Part shown: in pieces, positions 29,565-43,131 of the stretch
Position numbering within the stretch: the first letter of the stretch is position 1
Layout of the letters: each line of letters starts with the position of its first letter
DNA from: Bacillota bacterium
GTDB taxonomy: Bacteria > Bacillota > SHA-98 > UBA4971
Assembly (NCBI GenBank): GCA_030024085.1
Contig: JASEJE010000015.1
Coordinates: 14,375-78,374 of the forward strand
DNA: 64,000 nt
Reading direction: 5' to 3'
Position numbers and translations under genes: made by a program
Notes under the pieces: model-generated
Databases searched by the model: none
Told to the model about the DNA's origin: nothing
The model's input: the letters and a program-made list of their open reading frames with translations, nothing else

Positions 29565-30014
29565 CTATATCACCTCAGCTTTGCCGCCGGCCTGCTCGAT
29601 CTTGTCCTGCGCAGAGCGCGTGAAAGCGTGGGCCCTTACGGTGAGCGGTCGGGTGATGTCTCCGCTCCCCAGTATCTTCACACGGTCGGCGGCTCGCTTT
29701 ATTATACCAGACTTCTTGAGGTCCTCGGGCGAGACGACAGCCCCCTCCTCGAACCCGTTGAGATCCGCAAGCTTGACCTCGGTGTAGGGTTCCCTGAAGC
29801 GGTTCGTGAAGCCGCGCTTCGGAACCCTCCGGACGAGCGGCATCTGGCCGCCTTCGAACATTGCGCCCTTGGCACCGCCTGAACGGGCCTTCTGACCCTT
29901 ATGGCCTTTTCCTGCAGTCTTGCCGTGACCGCTTCCAAGCCCTCGGCCGACCCTCTTGGGATAATGGCGAGCGCCCTCGGGCGGGGCGAGTTCTTCGAGC
30001 CTCAAGTCTGCCAC
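29565..30014 (-). CDS. rplO: 50S ribosomal protein L15
   Basis: GRGLGSG, FEGGQMPL.RR.PKRGF. Confidence 0.97.
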   Translation of the reverse strand: MADLRLEELAPPEGARHYPKRVGRGLGSGHGKTAGKGHKGQKARSGGAKGAMFEGGQMPLVRRVPKRGFTNRFREPYTEVKLADLNGFEEGAVVSPEDLKKSGIIKRAADRVKILGSGDITRPLTVRAHAFTRSAQDKIEQAGGKAEVI

Positions 30015-30018
30015 CTCC

Positions 30019-30240
30019 TCACTCCGTGACTTCCTCCACGTCTACCAGATGATCCACCCTCCGCACCATCCCCCGGACCTGAGGGTTATCCGGGAGAAGG
30101 ACGGTCTTATGCAGCCTCGACAGGCCGAGGGCCTGAACCGTCGCCCTCTGCACCCTCGGGGCGCCTATCGTGCTATGCTTCAGCGTGACCTTCAACATCT
30201 TCGCCGCCCTCTCGGCAGCGCCGTTCGCGCCTGCGGACAC
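30019..30240 (-). CDS. rpmD: 50S ribosomal protein L30
   Basis: LKVTLKHSTIG...ALGL...RGMV..V.HLV; start uncertain. Confidence 0.93.
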   Translation of the reverse strand: MSAGANGAAERAAKMLKVTLKHSTIGAPRVQRATVQALGLSRLHKTVLLPDNPQVRGMVRRVDHLVDVEEVTE

Positions 30241-30256
30241 CTGACACACCCCCTCG

Positions 30257-30748
30257 CTAATACAGATCCGACACGGGTTTTCCGCGCAGTCGGGCAACGT
30301 CCTCCGCCCGCTTGAGGGACTTGAGCCCTTTCACGGTGGCGCCAACCATGTTGAACGGGTTGGACGAGCCCAGGGACTTGGTCAGGATGTCCTTCACGCC
30401 GGCAAGCTCCAGGACGGCCCTCACGGGACCGCCGGCGATCACGCCCGTGCCGGGCGTCGCGGGTTTCAGAAGCACCCTGCCCGCACCGAACTCCCCGACG
30501 ATCTCGTGGGGGATGGTGGTCCCGACAACCGGAACGTCGAACATGTTCTTACGGGCCTCTTCGACGCCCTTGCGTATCGCCTCGGCCACCTCCGACGCCT
30601 TGCCGATCCCGGTGCCCACGCGGCCGTTTCCATCGCCCACCGCGACCAGGGCGCGAAAGCTTCGTGTGCGACCGCCCTTGGTCGTCTTGGCCACGGGATC
30701 GATGCTGACGACCTTCTCCTTCAACTCCTGGCTCTCAAACTCCATCAT
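30257..30748 (-). CDS. rpsE: 30S ribosomal protein S5
   Basis: [18 protein letters not shown]. Confidence 0.97.
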   Translation of the reverse strand: MMEFESQELKEKVVSIDPVAKTTKGGRTRSFRALVAVGDGNGRVGTGIGKASEVAEAIRKGVEEARKNMFDVPVVGTTIPHEIVGEFGAGRVLLKPATPGTGVIAGGPVRAVLELAGVKDILTKSLGSSNPFNMVGATVKGLKSLKRAEDVARLRGKPVSDLY

Positions 30749-30774
30749 CGCTTTTTCACCAACTCCCCTGGACG

Positions 30775-31143
30775 CTAGAACTCGAGCCCGCTTTCGCGCG
30801 CGCCCTCGGCCACGGCGGCAATCCTACCGTGGAACAGGTTGCCCCCCCGGTCGAACACCACCTTCTTGATACCCCTCGCCTGCGCGCGCTCACCGATGAG
30901 CTTGCCCACGAGGCGCGCGGCCTCCACGTTGCCCCCGCTTTCGATGTGCTTTCTCACCTCAGGGTCAAGGCTCGATGCGAACGCGAGAGTCGTCCCTGAC
31001 GCGTCGTTGATGACCTGGGCGTAGATGTGCCTCGAGGTCCGCGCCACGGAGAGCCTGGGGACCTCGGACGTGCCGGACACTTTCTTCCTTATGCGCAGGT
31101 GCCGCCTAGCTCTCGCGAGCTTTCTGTCTTTGCGCTTGAACAT
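30775..31143 (-). CDS. rplR: 50S ribosomal protein L18
   Basis: [19 protein letters not shown]. Confidence 0.97.
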   Translation of the reverse strand: MFKRKDRKLARARRHLRIRKKVSGTSEVPRLSVARTSRHIYAQVINDASGTTLAFASSLDPEVRKHIESGGNVEAARLVGKLIGERAQARGIKKVVFDRGGNLFHGRIAAVAEGARESGLEF

Positions 31144-31172
31144 GGCTCATCCTCACCTCTTCTGCCTCGGCC

Positions 31173-31730
31173 CTACTTCTTTCCGCCCGCCGCTTTGCCG
31201 GCTTTGCCGGCCTTTCTGCGGATGTGCTCGCCCTCATACATGATGCCTTTGCCCTTGTACGGCTCAGGCGGCCGCACGGCGCGGATGTTCGCCGCGGTCT
31301 GGCCGACGAGTTCCTTGTCTATGCCCTTCACCACGATCTTCGTGGGAAGCGGCACCTCTATCTCAAGGCCTTCGGCGGGCTCTATCTCGACGGGGTGGGA
31401 GTATCCCACGCTCAGCACGAGTTTCCTGCCTTGCTTGGCCGCCTTGTACCCGGTGCCGGATATCACGAGCGACCTCTCGTAGCCTTCGGTAACACCCTTT
31501 ACCATGTTCGCCACGAGCGTCCTCGTCAGGCCGTGAAGGGCCCTGTGCTCCTTCTCGTCGCCGGGCCGCTCCACGACGACCTTGTCATCCCGCAAGGAGA
31601 CCTTCATCTCCTTTACGAGCTCTCTCTGAAGTTCACCTTTCGGTCCCTTCACTACGACGGTATTGCCCGCAATTTCAACCTCGACGCCTTTCGGCACTGG
31701 TATCGGCGCTTTCCCTATCCGGGACATCAT
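31173..31730 (-). CDS. rplF: 50S ribosomal protein L6
   Basis: [16 protein letters not shown]. Confidence 0.97.
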   Translation of the reverse strand: MMSRIGKAPIPVPKGVEVEIAGNTVVVKGPKGELQRELVKEMKVSLRDDKVVVERPGDEKEHRALHGLTRTLVANMVKGVTEGYERSLVISGTGYKAAKQGRKLVLSVGYSHPVEIEPAEGLEIEVPLPTKIVVKGIDKELVGQTAANIRAVRPPEPYKGKGIMYEGEHIRRKAGKAGKAAGGKK

Positions 31731-31806
31731 TTCACCCCCTCACAACCTGCCCGTGAGCGCCGGCCTGCCGGTGCCGCATCGCACGGCCCCCGGCCGCGGG
31801 CGCATC

Positions 31807-32205
31807 TCACCAGACATAACAGATGACTTCGCCGCCCACGCCCTCTTTGCGAGCCTTCCTGTCGGCCATGATGCCCTTGGGCGTGGAGATGACTGCGATC
31901 CCGAGACCCCCGAGGACCCTGGGGAGCTCGTCTTTACCCGCGTAAACCCGCAGCCCGGGCTTGCTTATCCTCTTCAGGCCGGTTATGACCTTCTGCTTGT
32001 TGGGACCATACTTGAGGTAGATACGCAGCGTTCCCTGCTTCCCGTCGCCTATCACCTCAAAGTCCCTGATGAATCCCTCTTCTCTGAGGATCTTCGCAAT
32101 TTCGCGCTTCACCTGCGAGGAGGGGACTTCAACGACGTCCCTTGCCACGATATTGGCATTTCGGATCCTCGTCAGCATGTCAGCGATGGGGTCCGTCGTC
32201 ACCAT
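31807..32205 (-). CDS. rpsH: 30S ribosomal protein S8
   Basis: [22 protein letters not shown]. Confidence 0.97.
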   Translation of the reverse strand: MVTTDPIADMLTRIRNANIVARDVVEVPSSQVKREIAKILREEGFIRDFEVIGDGKQGTLRIYLKYGPNKQKVITGLKRISKPGLRVYAGKDELPRVLGGLGIAVISTPKGIMADRKARKEGVGGEVICYVW

Positions 32206-32248
32206 TCGCATCGACCTCCTCCACTTGCAGACCTGCCAGGTACGCCTG

Positions 32249-32434
32249 TCACCAGCTCGCCTTGGTCACGCCGGGGATCTCCCCCCGGAGAGCAAGCTTG
32301 CGGAAACAGATCCTGCACATGTCGAACTTCCTCATGTACGCCCTCGGCCGCCCACAAATGGGACACCTGTGATAGGTCCTCACGCGGAACTTCGGCGGCC
32401 GCTTCTGCTTCTCAATCAGACTCTTCTTTGCCAA
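32249..32434 (-). CDS. rpsN: 30S ribosomal protein S14 (type Z, zinc-binding)
   Basis: CPICGRPR...[14 protein letters not shown]; 61 aa. Confidence 0.96.
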   Translation of the reverse strand: MAKKSLIEKQKRPPKFRVRTYHRCPICGRPRAYMRKFDMCRICFRKLALRGEIPGVTKASW

Positions 32435-32559
32435 AGCCATCCCTCCACCGGAATGCTGGACTCATCGATTGGCCATGACCTGCCATCCCCGTGATATCCT
32501 GCGGATGTGGCGCGCGCCGCGGATACGGGGGCGCGGTCCGCCGCGCATCGTGGTCTTTC

Positions 32560-33102
32560 CTACTTTCTGAAGGGCATCCCCATGGCCTTGAGGAGCTCGT
32601 AGGCCTCCTCATCATTTCTGGCCGTCGTCACGACGGTGATGTCCATGCCCCGTATCTTGTCAACCTTGTCGTATACTATCTCCGGGAAGATGAGTTGCTC
32701 CTTGATGCCCAGGGAGTAGTTTCCCCTCCCGTCGAACCCGTCGGGGGAGACCCCCCGGAAGTCACGGATCCTGGGAAGAGCGACGTTGAACAGCTTGTCG
32801 AGGAAGTGGTACATCCTCTCTCCCCGAAGGGTGACCTTGCACCCTATAGGGACTCCGGCCCTCAGCTTGAAAGCGGCTATGGACTTCTTCGCCCGTGTGA
32901 TGAGAGGCTTCTGTCCCGATATCGCCGTAAGATCCCCTACCGCGGAGTCGAGCATCTTGGGGTCCTGGACAGCATCGCTCACTCCCATGTTCACGATGAC
33001 CTTCTCGACCCTGGGGATCTGCATAACACTCCTGTAGCCAAACTTCTCGCGGAGGGCAGGTGCAACTTCTTTCAAGTATTTCTCCTTGAGCCGCGCCGCC
33101 AC
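32560..33102 (-). CDS. rplE: 50S ribosomal protein L5
   Basis: [20 protein letters not shown]. Confidence 0.98.
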   Translation of the reverse strand: MAARLKEKYLKEVAPALREKFGYRSVMQIPRVEKVIVNMGVSDAVQDPKMLDSAVGDLTAISGQKPLITRAKKSIAAFKLRAGVPIGCKVTLRGERMYHFLDKLFNVALPRIRDFRGVSPDGFDGRGNYSLGIKEQLIFPEIVYDKVDKIRGMDITVVTTARNDEEAYELLKAMGMPFRK

Positions 33103-33122
33103 TTGCCGTCACCCCCGATGTC

Positions 33123-33452
33123 CTACTTGTCTATCTCGCGCCCGCACTCTCTGCACACCCGCACATGCTCGCCGTCTTCAGCGACGCGCCTCCCTACCCG
33201 TGCGGGCCTGCTGCACTTGGGGCACACCACCATGACCTTGGCCAGGGGCACGGGCTCCGCCTTCTCGATGACGCCTCCCTGGGGGGCCAGTCGCGTCGGC
33301 TTGGTGTGACGCTTGGCCACGTTGACGCCCTCCACCAGCACGCGTCCTTCCGCGGGCAGCACCCGCAGGACCTTGCCTTTCTTGTCCTTGTCTTTGCCGG
33401 ACAGGACGATGACCGTGTCGCCCTTCTTCACGTGGGGTTTCATCTGGCTCAA
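33123..33452 (-). CDS. rplX: 50S ribosomal protein L24
   Basis: VKKGDTV..GKDK, VEGVN. Confidence 0.97.
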   Translation of the reverse strand: MSQMKPHVKKGDTVIVLSGKDKDKKGKVLRVLPAEGRVLVEGVNVAKRHTKPTRLAPQGGVIEKAEPVPLAKVMVVCPKCSRPARVGRRVAEDGEHVRVCRECGREIDK

Positions 33453-33473
33453 AACGCCCGCCTCCTTGTGGCC

Positions 33474-33842
33474 TTATAGCACTTCAGGGGCGAGAGAGAC
33501 TATCTTCATGAAGTCCTTGTCCCGGAGCTCTCTCGCAACGGGACCGAAAATCCTTGTGCCCCTGGGATTGTTCTGATCGTTGATGATCACCGCGGCATTC
33601 TCATCGAACTTGATGTACGAGCCGTCGGGCCGGGGGATCTCCTTCTTCGTCCTGACTATCACGGCCCTCACGACCTCGCCCTTTTTAACCACGCCCCCGG
33701 GCGCGGCCTCCTTGACGCTCGCGATGATAACGTCGCCGATGCCGGCGAACTTCCTGTTTCCGCCCCCGAGCACCCGTATGCACATGATCTTCTTGCCGCC
33801 GGTATTGTCCGCAACGGACAGCATCGTCTGCGGTTGAATCAT
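33474..33842 (-). CDS. rplN: 50S ribosomal protein L14
   Basis: [26 protein letters not shown]. Confidence 0.98.
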   Translation of the reverse strand: MIQPQTMLSVADNTGGKKIMCIRVLGGGNRKFAGIGDVIIASVKEAAPGGVVKKGEVVRAVIVRTKKEIPRPDGSYIKFDENAAVIINDQNNPRGTRIFGPVARELRDKDFMKIVSLAPEVL

Positions 33843-33911
33843 CTCGCCTACCCTCCTCGAGAGAGAGCGCACGTCGCACCCGCACCAGACCAGTAGAACC
33901 CGCGCGTGCGA

Positions 33912-34169
33912 CTACTTCGCCCTTTCCACGATCTCCACGACACGCCACCTCTTGTGCTTGCTGAGAGGCCTGGTCTCCATGAGCCGCACCCTGTCGCCGA
34001 CCTTCGCCTGGTTCTCCTCATCGTGTGCCATGAACCTCGTGGTCCTCTTCATCGTCCGCTTGTAAAGCGGGTGCCTGACGGTACGCTCCACGGCGACCAC
34101 GACCGTTTTATCCATGCTGTCGCTGACGACGGTGCCGACGCGCACCTTGCGCATACTCCGGTCATCCAT
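33912..34169 (-). CDS. rpsQ: 30S ribosomal protein S17
   Basis: [18 protein letters not shown]. Confidence 0.97.
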   Translation of the reverse strand: MDDRSMRKVRVGTVVSDSMDKTVVVAVERTVRHPLYKRTMKRTTRFMAHDEENQAKVGDRVRLMETRPLSKHKRWRVVEIVERAK

Positions 34170-34182
34170 AACGCAACCCTCC

Positions 34183-34386
34183 TTACGCCTGGCTTGAGCC
34201 AAGCTCCCGCTCGCGCAGGACCGTTTTGACTTGCGCTATGGTCCGGCGGACCTCGCGCATGCGCATGGGATTATCGAGCTGACCGGTGGCAACCTGAAAT
34301 CGAAGGTTGAACAGCTCCTCCTTCAGCGACTCGAGCTTTCGCTGGAGTTCTTCGCTGGTGAGGTCACGAACGTCCTTAACCTTCAC
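34183..34386 (-). CDS. rpmC: 50S ribosomal protein L29
   Basis: [14 protein letters not shown]. Confidence 0.96.
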   Translation of the reverse strand: MKVKDVRDLTSEELQRKLESLKEELFNLRFQVATGQLDNPMRMREVRRTIAQVKTVLRERELGSSQA

Positions 34387-34810
34387 TTGCCTCACCACCT
34401 ACTTCTTCTCGCTTGACGAACTTGCTCTTCACGGGGAGCTTGAACGCCGCAAGGCGCATGGCCTCCCGGGCGACGTCCTCCGGGACCCCTGCGATCTCGA
34501 ACATGATCCTCCCAGGCTTCACGACGGCCACCCAGTACTCGGGGTTGCCCTTCCCGCTTCCCATACGGGTCTCGGCGGGTTTCTTGGTAACGGGCTTGTC
34601 GGGGAAGATCTTGATCCAGACCTTGCCGCCCCTCTTGGTGTACCTGGTCATGGCTATCCTTGCCGCCTCTATCTGCCGGTCGGTGATCCACCCCGGCTCG
34701 AGGGCCTGGAGCCCGTATTCCCCGAGGAGAAGTTCGGAGCCACGCATGGCTTTGCCCGTCATCCTCCCACGCTGGACTTTGCGGTGTTTGACTCTCTTGG
34801 GCTGCAGCAT
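34376..34810 (-). CDS. rplP: 50S ribosomal protein L16
   Basis: MLQPKR, RMGSGKG. Confidence 0.98.
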   Translation of the reverse strand: MLQPKRVKHRKVQRGRMTGKAMRGSELLLGEYGLQALEPGWITDRQIEAARIAMTRYTKRGGKVWIKIFPDKPVTKKPAETRMGSGKGNPEYWVAVVKPGRIMFEIAGVPEDVAREAMRLAAFKLPVKSKFVKREEVGGEASEG

Positions 34811-34812
34811 AT

Positions 34813-35472
34813 TCACCGACTCCCTTCGGCAGCGGCCTTGTTCCTTTCAGGAAGCACCTCGCCCTTGTATATCCATACCTTGACGCCGATCCTGCCGTAA
34901 GTGGTGTGCGCTTCGGCAAACCCGTAGTCTATGTCGGCCCTCAGGGTATGAAGGGGGATCTTCCCCTCGCTGTATCCTTCGGTGCGGGCTATCTCCGCGC
35001 CGGCCAGCCTGCCGCCGACCTTCACCTTCATGCCCTGGGCGCCCATCTTCATGGCCCTCGAAAGGGCCTGCTTCATCGCCCGGCGGAAAGATATGCGCTT
35101 TTCGATCTGGGCAGCGATATTCTCCGCCACAAGCTGGGCGTCGACCTCAGGGTTCTTCACCTCGACGATGTTCACCGAGATGTGTTTGCCGGTGATGGCC
35201 TCGAGGTCGCGCCTGAGCTGCTCAACCTCCTGGCCACCCCTTCCGATGACCATGCCGGGGCGCGCGGTGTGGATGTTGACCTTCACGCGCGTGGCCGCCC
35301 GCTCTATGTCCACCCGGGAGATCCCGGCGTTGTAGAACCTTGTCTTTACGAACTGCCTGATCTCGCGATCCTCGTGGACCAGCTCCTGGTAGCCCTTCTT
35401 GTCGTACCACTTCGCAGACCAGTCCTTGATTATCCCGAGCCTCAGGCCAAGGGGATGAACCTTGTGACCCAT
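34813..35472 (-). CDS. rpsC: 30S ribosomal protein S3
   Basis: [20 protein letters not shown]. Confidence 0.98.
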   Translation of the reverse strand: MGHKVHPLGLRLGIIKDWSAKWYDKKGYQELVHEDREIRQFVKTRFYNAGISRVDIERAATRVKVNIHTARPGMVIGRGGQEVEQLRRDLEAITGKHISVNIVEVKNPEVDAQLVAENIAAQIEKRISFRRAMKQALSRAMKMGAQGMKVKVGGRLAGAEIARTEGYSEGKIPLHTLRADIDYGFAEAHTTYGRIGVKVWIYKGEVLPERNKAAAEGSR

Positions 35473-35475
35473 TCC

Positions 35476-35814
35476 TCACCCCTCCTTCTCTTTCAAGACT
35501 ACTGTAATGTGGCTGGTACGCTTCAGGATCCGTGCCGGGATCCCGCGCATCCTCGGCCGCCACCTCTTCATGGTCGGGCCTTCATCGACCTTCGCCTCTG
35601 ATACGTAGAGGTCGCCCTTGTTCATCTCGTAGTTGTGCTCGGCGTTAGCCATGGCCGATTTCAGGACCTTGCTGATGAGCCTCGCCCCTTTCTTCGGGGT
35701 GAACCTCAGAATCGCCATGGCGTCCCCGGCACTCTTGCCCTTAATCAGGTCCATGACCTGCCTCGCTTTTCTCGGTGCGATCCTGACATAACGCGCAACC
35801 GCACGAGCTTCCAT
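35476..35814 (-). CDS. rplV: 50S ribosomal protein L22
   Basis: [20 protein letters not shown]. Confidence 0.97.
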   Translation of the reverse strand: MEARAVARYVRIAPRKARQVMDLIKGKSAGDAMAILRFTPKKGARLISKVLKSAMANAEHNYEMNKGDLYVSEAKVDEGPTMKRWRPRMRGIPARILKRTSHITVVLKEKEG

Positions 35815-35847
35815 GCCAGCCATCCCCTCCAGACCCCGACACGCGCC

Positions 35848-36132
35848 CTACTTGAGGGCCGTGGACCTTTCGGTACGAGCGCCGTGCCCGCGGAAGGTCC
35901 TCGTCGGAGCAAACTCCCCCAGCTTGTGCCCGACCATGTCCTCACTGATGTAGATCGGGACGTGCCTGCGACCGTCATGCACCGCAATCGTGTGGCCCAC
36001 CATCTCGGGGAAGATGGTTGAGGCTCTCGACCACGTCTTGATGACTTCCTTGTGGCCCTTTTCGTTCAACGCGCGGATCCTCGCGAGCAGCCTTTCGTTG
36101 ACGTAGGGGCCCTTCTTGAGCGACCGTGACAT
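35848..36132 (-). CDS. rpsS: 30S ribosomal protein S19
   Basis: [18 protein letters not shown]. Confidence 0.98.
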   Translation of the reverse strand: MSRSLKKGPYVNERLLARIRALNEKGHKEVIKTWSRASTIFPEMVGHTIAVHDGRRHVPIYISEDMVGHKLGEFAPTRTFRGHGARTERSTALK

Positions 36133-36153
36133 CAGCCCGCCTCCTTCCCCTTG

Positions 36154-36978
36154 CTACCTCCGCCTTCTGACAATGAGCCTGTCCGATGGCTTCCTCTTTC
36201 TGGTCTTATAGCCCAGCGTCGGCTTGCCCCATGGTGTGAGCGGCGAGGCATGCCCTATCGGGGCGCGACCCTCTCCACCGCCATGCGGGTGGTCAACAGG
36301 GTTCATGACGACACCTCGCACCTCCGGCCTCCATCCCATGTGCCGCTTCCTGCCGGCCTTGCCCGTGCGCACGATCTCGTGCTCAACGTTACCGACCTGC
36401 CCGATGGTGGCCTTGCATTCGAGGCGCACCAGCCTGACTTCGCCCGAAGGGAGCCGCACGTGAGCGTAATCGCCTTCCTTCGCCATGAGCTGCGCTCCCA
36501 TGCCTGCAGCGCGGGCGAGCTCGCCGCCCCTGCCCGGGACGAGCTCGAGATTGTGAACGACCGTCCCAACCGGTATATCGCGCAGCGCGAGAGCGTTGCC
36601 CGGCTTTATGTCAGCCCCGGGACCCGATACGACCGTGCCACCCACCTCGAGACCCAGCGGCGCCAGGATGTACCGCTTCTCGCCGTCAGCGTAGTTCAAG
36701 AGGGCGATCCTGGCTGACCTGTTGGGATCGTACTCGATGCTCGCAACCTTCGCGGGCACCCCGTCCTTGTCGCGCTTGAAATCGATGATGCGCAGCTTGC
36801 GCTTGGCACCGCCACCCCTGTGCCTCACCGTAATCCTGCCGTGAGCATTGCGGCCACCTGTCTTCGGGTTGCGCGCGAGGAGAGATCTCTCCGGCTCCTT
36901 CGCCGTGATCTCCTCGAACGTCGGAACGGTCATGAACCGCCTGCCCGCGGTGACCGGCTTATACCTCTTGATTCCCAC
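36154..36978 (-). CDS. rplB: 50S ribosomal protein L2
   Basis: [19 protein letters not shown]. Confidence 0.98.
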   Translation of the reverse strand: MGIKRYKPVTAGRRFMTVPTFEEITAKEPERSLLARNPKTGGRNAHGRITVRHRGGGAKRKLRIIDFKRDKDGVPAKVASIEYDPNRSARIALLNYADGEKRYILAPLGLEVGGTVVSGPGADIKPGNALALRDIPVGTVVHNLELVPGRGGELARAAGMGAQLMAKEGDYAHVRLPSGEVRLVRLECKATIGQVGNVEHEIVRTGKAGRKRHMGWRPEVRGVVMNPVDHPHGGGEGRAPIGHASPLTPWGKPTLGYKTRKRKPSDRLIVRRRR

Positions 36979-37053
36979 CTTTCGCCCCTCCTCAACTCAA
37001 GGATACCGCCAGAGGGGGAGCCGACTGCTCTCGCCAGCCGGCTGCTACAGCAA

Positions 37054-37341
37054 CTAGACTCCCTCAAAGAGCGGGATCTTGTGGTCCTTCTCCAGGGTCA
37101 CAACGGCCTTCTTCCACTCGGGGGTCTTCCCCTCGAACCGGCCCATTCGCTTGGTCTTGCCGGGGACACGAAGGGTGTTGACCTCCTTCACCTTGACCTT
37201 GAAGATCTCCTCTACGGCCTCTTTTATCTCTGTCTTGGTCGCGCGGACATCCACCATGAAGGCGTACTTGTTGTCCTCGAGCTGCCTCGTGCTCTTCTCC
37301 GTGACAAGAGGCCGCTTGATCACGTCTCTTGGCGACTTCAC
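37054..37341 (-). CDS. rplW: 50S ribosomal protein L23
   Basis: [15 protein letters not shown]. Confidence 0.97.
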   Translation of the reverse strand: MKSPRDVIKRPLVTEKSTRQLEDNKYAFMVDVRATKTEIKEAVEEIFKVKVKEVNTLRVPGKTKRMGRFEGKTPEWKKAVVTLEKDHKIPLFEGV

Positions 37342-37964
37342 CTTGCAAGCACCTCCCCGACAGCATCCACTGCGTCGCGGGTAAAGACGAGCTTCTCGTG
37401 GTCGAGGATGTCATAGACGTTCAGCCCGGACGGGCCGAGAGTTTTCACGCCCGGCAGGTTCCGCGCGGAAAGTTCGATGTTCCTGTCGGGCTCGCGCACC
37501 ACCACGAGGGCTTTCCCTTCAGCGTCGAGCCTCTGCAGCACAGCGGCCATGTCTTTCGTCTTCGGCTCGGCAAGCGTCAGGCTGTCGAGAACCAGTATCT
37601 CGTTGGCCTGGGCCTTTGAGGAAAGCGCTGACAGAAGAGCCAGCCTCCGCACCTTCTTCGGGAGCTTGTACGCGTAATCGCGCGGCACGGGCCCGAACAG
37701 GGTCGCCCCACCCCTCCACAGGGGTGACCTGCGGCTTCCATGTCTCGCACGCCCGGTCCCCTTTTGCCGCCAGGGCTTGATGCCGCCGCCCGCGATCTCC
37801 CCTATGGTCTTCGTCTTCGCGGTGCCTTGCCGCCTCGTTGCAAGCTGCATGACCACAGCCTCATGGAGGACGGCCTCGTTGACCGGGACGCCGAAGATGG
37901 AGTCAGGCAGCTCGTACTCGCCTATCTTGTCACCATTCATGTTGTACAGAGGCGCCATTGGCAT
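37338..37964 (-). CDS. rplD: 50S ribosomal protein L4
   Basis: [12 protein letters not shown]. Confidence 0.97.
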   Translation of the reverse strand: MPMAPLYNMNGDKIGEYELPDSIFGVPVNEAVLHEAVVMQLATRRQGTAKTKTIGEIAGGGIKPWRQKGTGRARHGSRRSPLWRGGATLFGPVPRDYAYKLPKKVRRLALLSALSSKAQANEILVLDSLTLAEPKTKDMAAVLQRLDAEGKALVVVREPDRNIELSARNLPGVKTLGPSGLNVYDILDHEKLVFTRDAVDAVGEVLAR

Positions 37965-37979
37965 ACGTTTCCACCTGCC

Positions 37980-38624
37980 TCACTTCTTCTTTTTCACGGT
38001 GGTCTTGACCGCCTCTTTGACGAGGACCAGACCCCCGCGCCGCCCCGGAACTGACCCCTTGACCAGGAGCAGGTTCCGCTCAGGATCGACCTTCACGACC
38101 TCGAGGTTCTGAATGGTTACCCGCTCTCCCCCCATGCGGCCCGGAAGTTTCCGTCCTTTGAACACGCGCGCCGGATCGGTTGCTCCGAGGGAACCGACTC
38201 TCCGGTGATACATCGAGCCGTGGCCCATGGGGCCTCTCCTGAAATTCCACCGTTTTATGACGCCCGCGTAGCCCTTGCCGAGCGAGGTCCCGACTATGTC
38301 AACGCGGTCGCCCCTGTTGAAGATGTCGACCTTGATCTCAGCGCCCACATCATAGGGGCTGTCGTCCTTGACACGGATCTCCCTGAGATGTCGCCTGGGC
38401 TTGACGTGCGCCCTCTTGAAATGCCCGCGTTCAGGCTTTGTCAGAAGGCTCTCCCGGATATCGCCGAACCCGAGTTGAATCGCTGCGTAACCTTCGTCGT
38501 CCTTCGTCTTCTTCTGCACGACGACACACGGCCCGGCTTCGATGGCGGTCACGGGGATGACCTCCCCCGCATCGCCGAATATCTGCGTCATGCCGAGTTT
38601 TCGTCCGAGTATGCCTTTAGGCAT
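37980..38624 (-). CDS. rplC: 50S ribosomal protein L3
   Basis: KLGMTQ, HGS, GRMG, KGSVPG. Confidence 0.97.
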   Translation of the reverse strand: MPKGILGRKLGMTQIFGDAGEVIPVTAIEAGPCVVVQKKTKDDEGYAAIQLGFGDIRESLLTKPERGHFKRAHVKPRRHLREIRVKDDSPYDVGAEIKVDIFNRGDRVDIVGTSLGKGYAGVIKRWNFRRGPMGHGSMYHRRVGSLGATDPARVFKGRKLPGRMGGERVTIQNLEVVKVDPERNLLLVKGSVPGRRGGLVLVKEAVKTTVKKKK

Positions 38625-38680
38625 TTACCCCGCACCTCCCTGCTGTACATGTGGCTTGCGCGCCTGCCCGGGCCACACGG

Positions 38681-38989
38681 CTAGAGCTTGATCTCGATGC
38701 CCACTCCGGCAGGAAGGTCCAGCCGTATGAGGTCGTCAACCGTCTTCGGCGTGGGATCGATAATGTCGATGAGCCTCTTGTGGGTCCTCATCTCGAACTG
38801 CTCACGCGAGTCCTTATCCACGTGGACGGACTTCAGCACCGTGAATATGCTCTTCTCGGTCGGGAGCGGAATCGGGCCTGATACCCGCGCCCCGCTACGC
38901 CTGGCCGTCTCGACTATTCTCTCCGCCGACTGGTCGAGCAGCCGGTGATCAAATGCCTTTAGCCTGATCCTGATCCTTTGCTCCGGCAT
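38681..38989 (-). CDS. rpsJ: 30S ribosomal protein S10
   Basis: [22 protein letters not shown]. Confidence 0.97.
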   Translation of the reverse strand: MPEQRIRIRLKAFDHRLLDQSAERIVETARRSGARVSGPIPLPTEKSIFTVLKSVHVDKDSREQFEMRTHKRLIDIIDPTPKTVDDLIRLDLPAGVGIEIKL

Positions 38990-39027
38990 GTTTAGCATAC
39001 CTCCCAGTCATCGCCTGATCACGTTAG

Positions 39028-39082
39028 CAGACATACTCCGCCGGAATTCCCCTGCCACGCAGGCAACCTCCGGCATCATCGC
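39028..39082 (-). promoter_or_regulatory. Firmicute-type S10 operon leader RNA
   Basis: GCGATGATGCCGGAGGTTGCC...TTCCGGCGGAGTATGTC resembles the conserved rpsJ leader (recalled, not searched). Confidence 0.55.
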
Positions 39083-39177
39083 TGCGAGAGGCAGGCCGGA
39101 CGCGGCCCGCCGGACACCCTGGCCGGCCTGGCCTGCCCCGCTTCTCCGCATCCCGGGCGGCCTGCCCGCTAAATGCA

Positions 39178-40383
<1,206 letters not shown>

Positions 40384-40427
40384 TCTCAAGTCATCCTCCT
40401 TGGCATAGGTCTTGACTCTACAACAAG

Positions 40428-42500
40428 TTACCTCCCGCGCGCGGTGACGGCCTCAGAGATATGCGCGGGAACCTCCTCGTAGCGCATGAAATACATGACG
40501 TAGGTTCCTCTCCCCTGCGTAAGAGACCGGAGATCAGTCGCGTACCCGAACATCTCCGCAAGCGGTATATGAGCCCGGATAATCTGAGAGGGACCTCGTC
40601 TCTCCATGCCCTGCACCCTGCCACGCCTGGCGCCGATGTCGGCGATTACGTCGCCGGTGAACTCCTCCGGCACCACCACTTCCACGCGCATCAGGGGTTC
40701 CAGCAACACGGGGTCAGCCCGCCTCGCCCCGTCCTTCACTGCCATGGACGCGGCTATCTTGAACGCCATCTCGGACGAGTCGACCTCGTGGTAAGAGCCG
40801 CCCAGCAGCGTCACCTTCACGTCCACCAGAGGATACCCTGCGAGCACCCCCGAGTCCATGGACTCGCGGGCGCCGACCTCCACAGCAGGGATGAACTCCC
40901 TCGGTATGTCCCCGCCAGTCACCCGGTCCTCGAACTCGAATCCGCTGCCGGCGGGTAGCGGCGACAAAGTGATCTTCACATGGCCGTACTGGCCGCGACC
41001 GCCTGTCTGCCTGACAAACCTGCCCTCACTCTCCACAGTGGACCGTATGGTCTCCCTGTACGACACCTGGGGCTTGCCCACATTGGCCTCGACCCTGAAC
41101 TCGCGGACGAGCCTATCGATGATGATCTCGAGATGGAGCTCGCCCATGCCCGAAATCACGGTCTGTCCGGTATCGGGATCCTGCCGCACGTGGAACGTGG
41201 GGTCTTCCTCCGACAGCTTGGCAAGGGCAGATGCGAGTCTGTCCTCGTCGGCCTTGGTCTTCGGCTCCACCGCCACTGATATGACGGGCTCCGGGAACTC
41301 GATGGCCTCGAGGATGACGGGCCTCTCCTCGTCGCTCAGCGTATCGCCGGTGGTGACCTCCCTGAAACCGACAGCGGCGACGATATCGCCCGCTCGCGCT
41401 TCCTCCACGTCCTCGCGATGGTTCGCGTGCATTTGAAGGATGCGCGCCAGCCTTTCCTTCTTGCCCTTCGTCGCATTATAGACGTAAGACCCGGCCCGCA
41501 CAACACCGGAGTAGACCCGGAAGTAGGTCAGCTTACCCACGTATGGGTCAGCCGCTATCTTGAATGCGAGGGCGGAAAACGGCTCGTCATCATCCGGCGG
41601 CCTTTCCTCCTCCTCACCAGTCCTGGGGTTGGTTCCCCTGACAGGCGGGAGGTCGTTCGGCGCAGGAAGATAATCCACCACCGCATCGAGAAGAAGCTGA
41701 ACGCCCTTGTTGCGGAAGGCTGCTCCACAGAGCACCGGGACGATCTTCGCATCCACGGTCGCCCGACGCAACGCCTTCTTGAGTTCGCCGACTGTGATCT
41801 CGTCGCCCTCTATATACTTGGACATTATGTCGTCGTCAGTGTCGGCCACAGCCTCGATCAGTTCCTCACGGTACCGCCCGGCCTCGTCAGCGAGTTCGGG
41901 AGGTATGTCAGTCACCTCTCGCTGCATTCCGAGATCATCCAGGTAAAGCACGGCCTTCTGCTCTATGAGGTCTACGACTCCATTGAAACCATCTTCGGCG
42001 CCGATGGGTATCTGGATCGGCACCCCCCTGGCACCGAGCCTGTCGTGAACCATCCTCACCGCGCGCGGGAAGTCCGCCCCGACGCGGTCCATTTTGTTCA
42101 CGAACACGATCCTCGGCACATGGTACCGGTCGGCTTGGCGCCACACATTCTCCGTCTGGGGTTCAACACCGCCTACAGCGCACAGTACCGCAATTGCGCC
42201 ATCTAGCACGCGAAGCGACCGCTCAACCTCCATGGTGAAGTCCACGTGCCCGGGCGTATCTATGATGTTTATGCGATGATCCTTCCAGAAGCACGTGGTG
42301 GCTGCTGCCGTAATCGTGATGCCGCGCTCCTGCTCCTGGACCATCCAGTCCATCGTCGCAGCGCCGTCGTCCACCTCTCCAATCCTGTGCACCCGTCCGG
42401 TATAGAAGAGGATGCGCTCGGTGGTTGTGGTCTTCCCGGCGTCGATGTGTGCCATTATACCAATGTTTCTTGTCCTTTCAAGCGGGAACCTCTCGCCCAC
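40428..42500 (-). CDS. fusA: Elongation factor G
   Basis: [21 protein letters not shown]. Confidence 0.98.
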   Translation of the reverse strand: MGERFPLERTRNIGIMAHIDAGKTTTTERILFYTGRVHRIGEVDDGAATMDWMVQEQERGITITAAATTCFWKDHRINIIDTPGHVDFTMEVERSLRVLDGAIAVLCAVGGVEPQTENVWRQADRYHVPRIVFVNKMDRVGADFPRAVRMVHDRLGARGVPIQIPIGAEDGFNGVVDLIEQKAVLYLDDLGMQREVTDIPPELADEAGRYREELIEAVADTDDDIMSKYIEGDEITVGELKKALRRATVDAKIVPVLCGAAFRNKGVQLLLDAVVDYLPAPNDLPPVRGTNPRTGEEEERPPDDDEPFSALAFKIAADPYVGKLTYFRVYSGVVRAGSYVYNATKGKKERLARILQMHANHREDVEEARAGDIVAAVGFREVTTGDTLSDEERPVILEAIEFPEPVISVAVEPKTKADEDRLASALAKLSEEDPTFHVRQDPDTGQTVISGMGELHLEIIIDRLVREFRVEANVGKPQVSYRETIRSTVESEGRFVRQTGGRGQYGHVKITLSPLPAGSGFEFEDRVTGGDIPREFIPAVEVGARESMDSGVLAGYPLVDVKVTLLGGSYHEVDSSEMAFKIAASMAVKDGARRADPVLLEPLMRVEVVVPEEFTGDVIADIGARRGRVQGMERRGPSQIIRAHIPLAEMFGYATDLRSLTQGRGTYVMYFMRYEEVPAHISEAVTARGR

Positions 42501-42578
42501 CTTCCATCCCCTCCTTTCATGCCGCAAGATGCCTCGTTGGAAGCGGGACCACGGTCCGACAGCCACACGCTATGTCGG

Positions 42579-43049
42579 TTACCACCTGTAGTGGGCGAAC
42601 GCCTTGTTGGCCTCGGCCATTCTGTGGGTGTCTTCCCTCTTCTTCACGGAAGCCCCTTGCCCGGCCGATGCATCAAGAATCTCCGCCGCGAGCTTCTCCG
42701 CCATACTTCTCTCGGACCTTGCGCGTGCGTTCTGAATAATCCAACGCAGCGCGAGCGCGGTACGTCTCTCGGGGCGCACCTCGACCGGCACCTGGTAGGT
42801 CGAGCCGCCGACCCTGCGGGGCCTCACCTCGAGAACGGGCATTACGTTCTTTACCGCGCGCTCGTAAACCTCCACGGGATCCTTGCCGGTCTTCTCCCCG
42901 ACGATATCCATCGCACGATAGAAGATGGACTCCGCGACGCCCTTCTTGCCCTCGAGCAACAGCTTGTTGATCATCTCGGCCGCCAGGACGTTCCCGAACA
43001 CCGGGTCTGGAACTGTCTCATGCTTGACAACACCGCCCCTCCTGGGCAT
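42579..43049 (-). CDS. rpsG: 30S ribosomal protein S7
   Basis: [23 protein letters not shown]. Confidence 0.98.
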   Translation of the reverse strand: MPRRGGVVKHETVPDPVFGNVLAAEMINKLLLEGKKGVAESIFYRAMDIVGEKTGKDPVEVYERAVKNVMPVLEVRPRRVGGSTYQVPVEVRPERRTALALRWIIQNARARSERSMAEKLAAEILDASAGQGASVKKREDTHRMAEANKAFAHYRW

Positions 43050-43131
43050 CCGCACCCCTCCTTTCAAAGAAGCATCCTCTTTAGTCTCCACACAGCCCGA
43101 CAGGCCCATACCACTGGCACCTGCATAGCAC

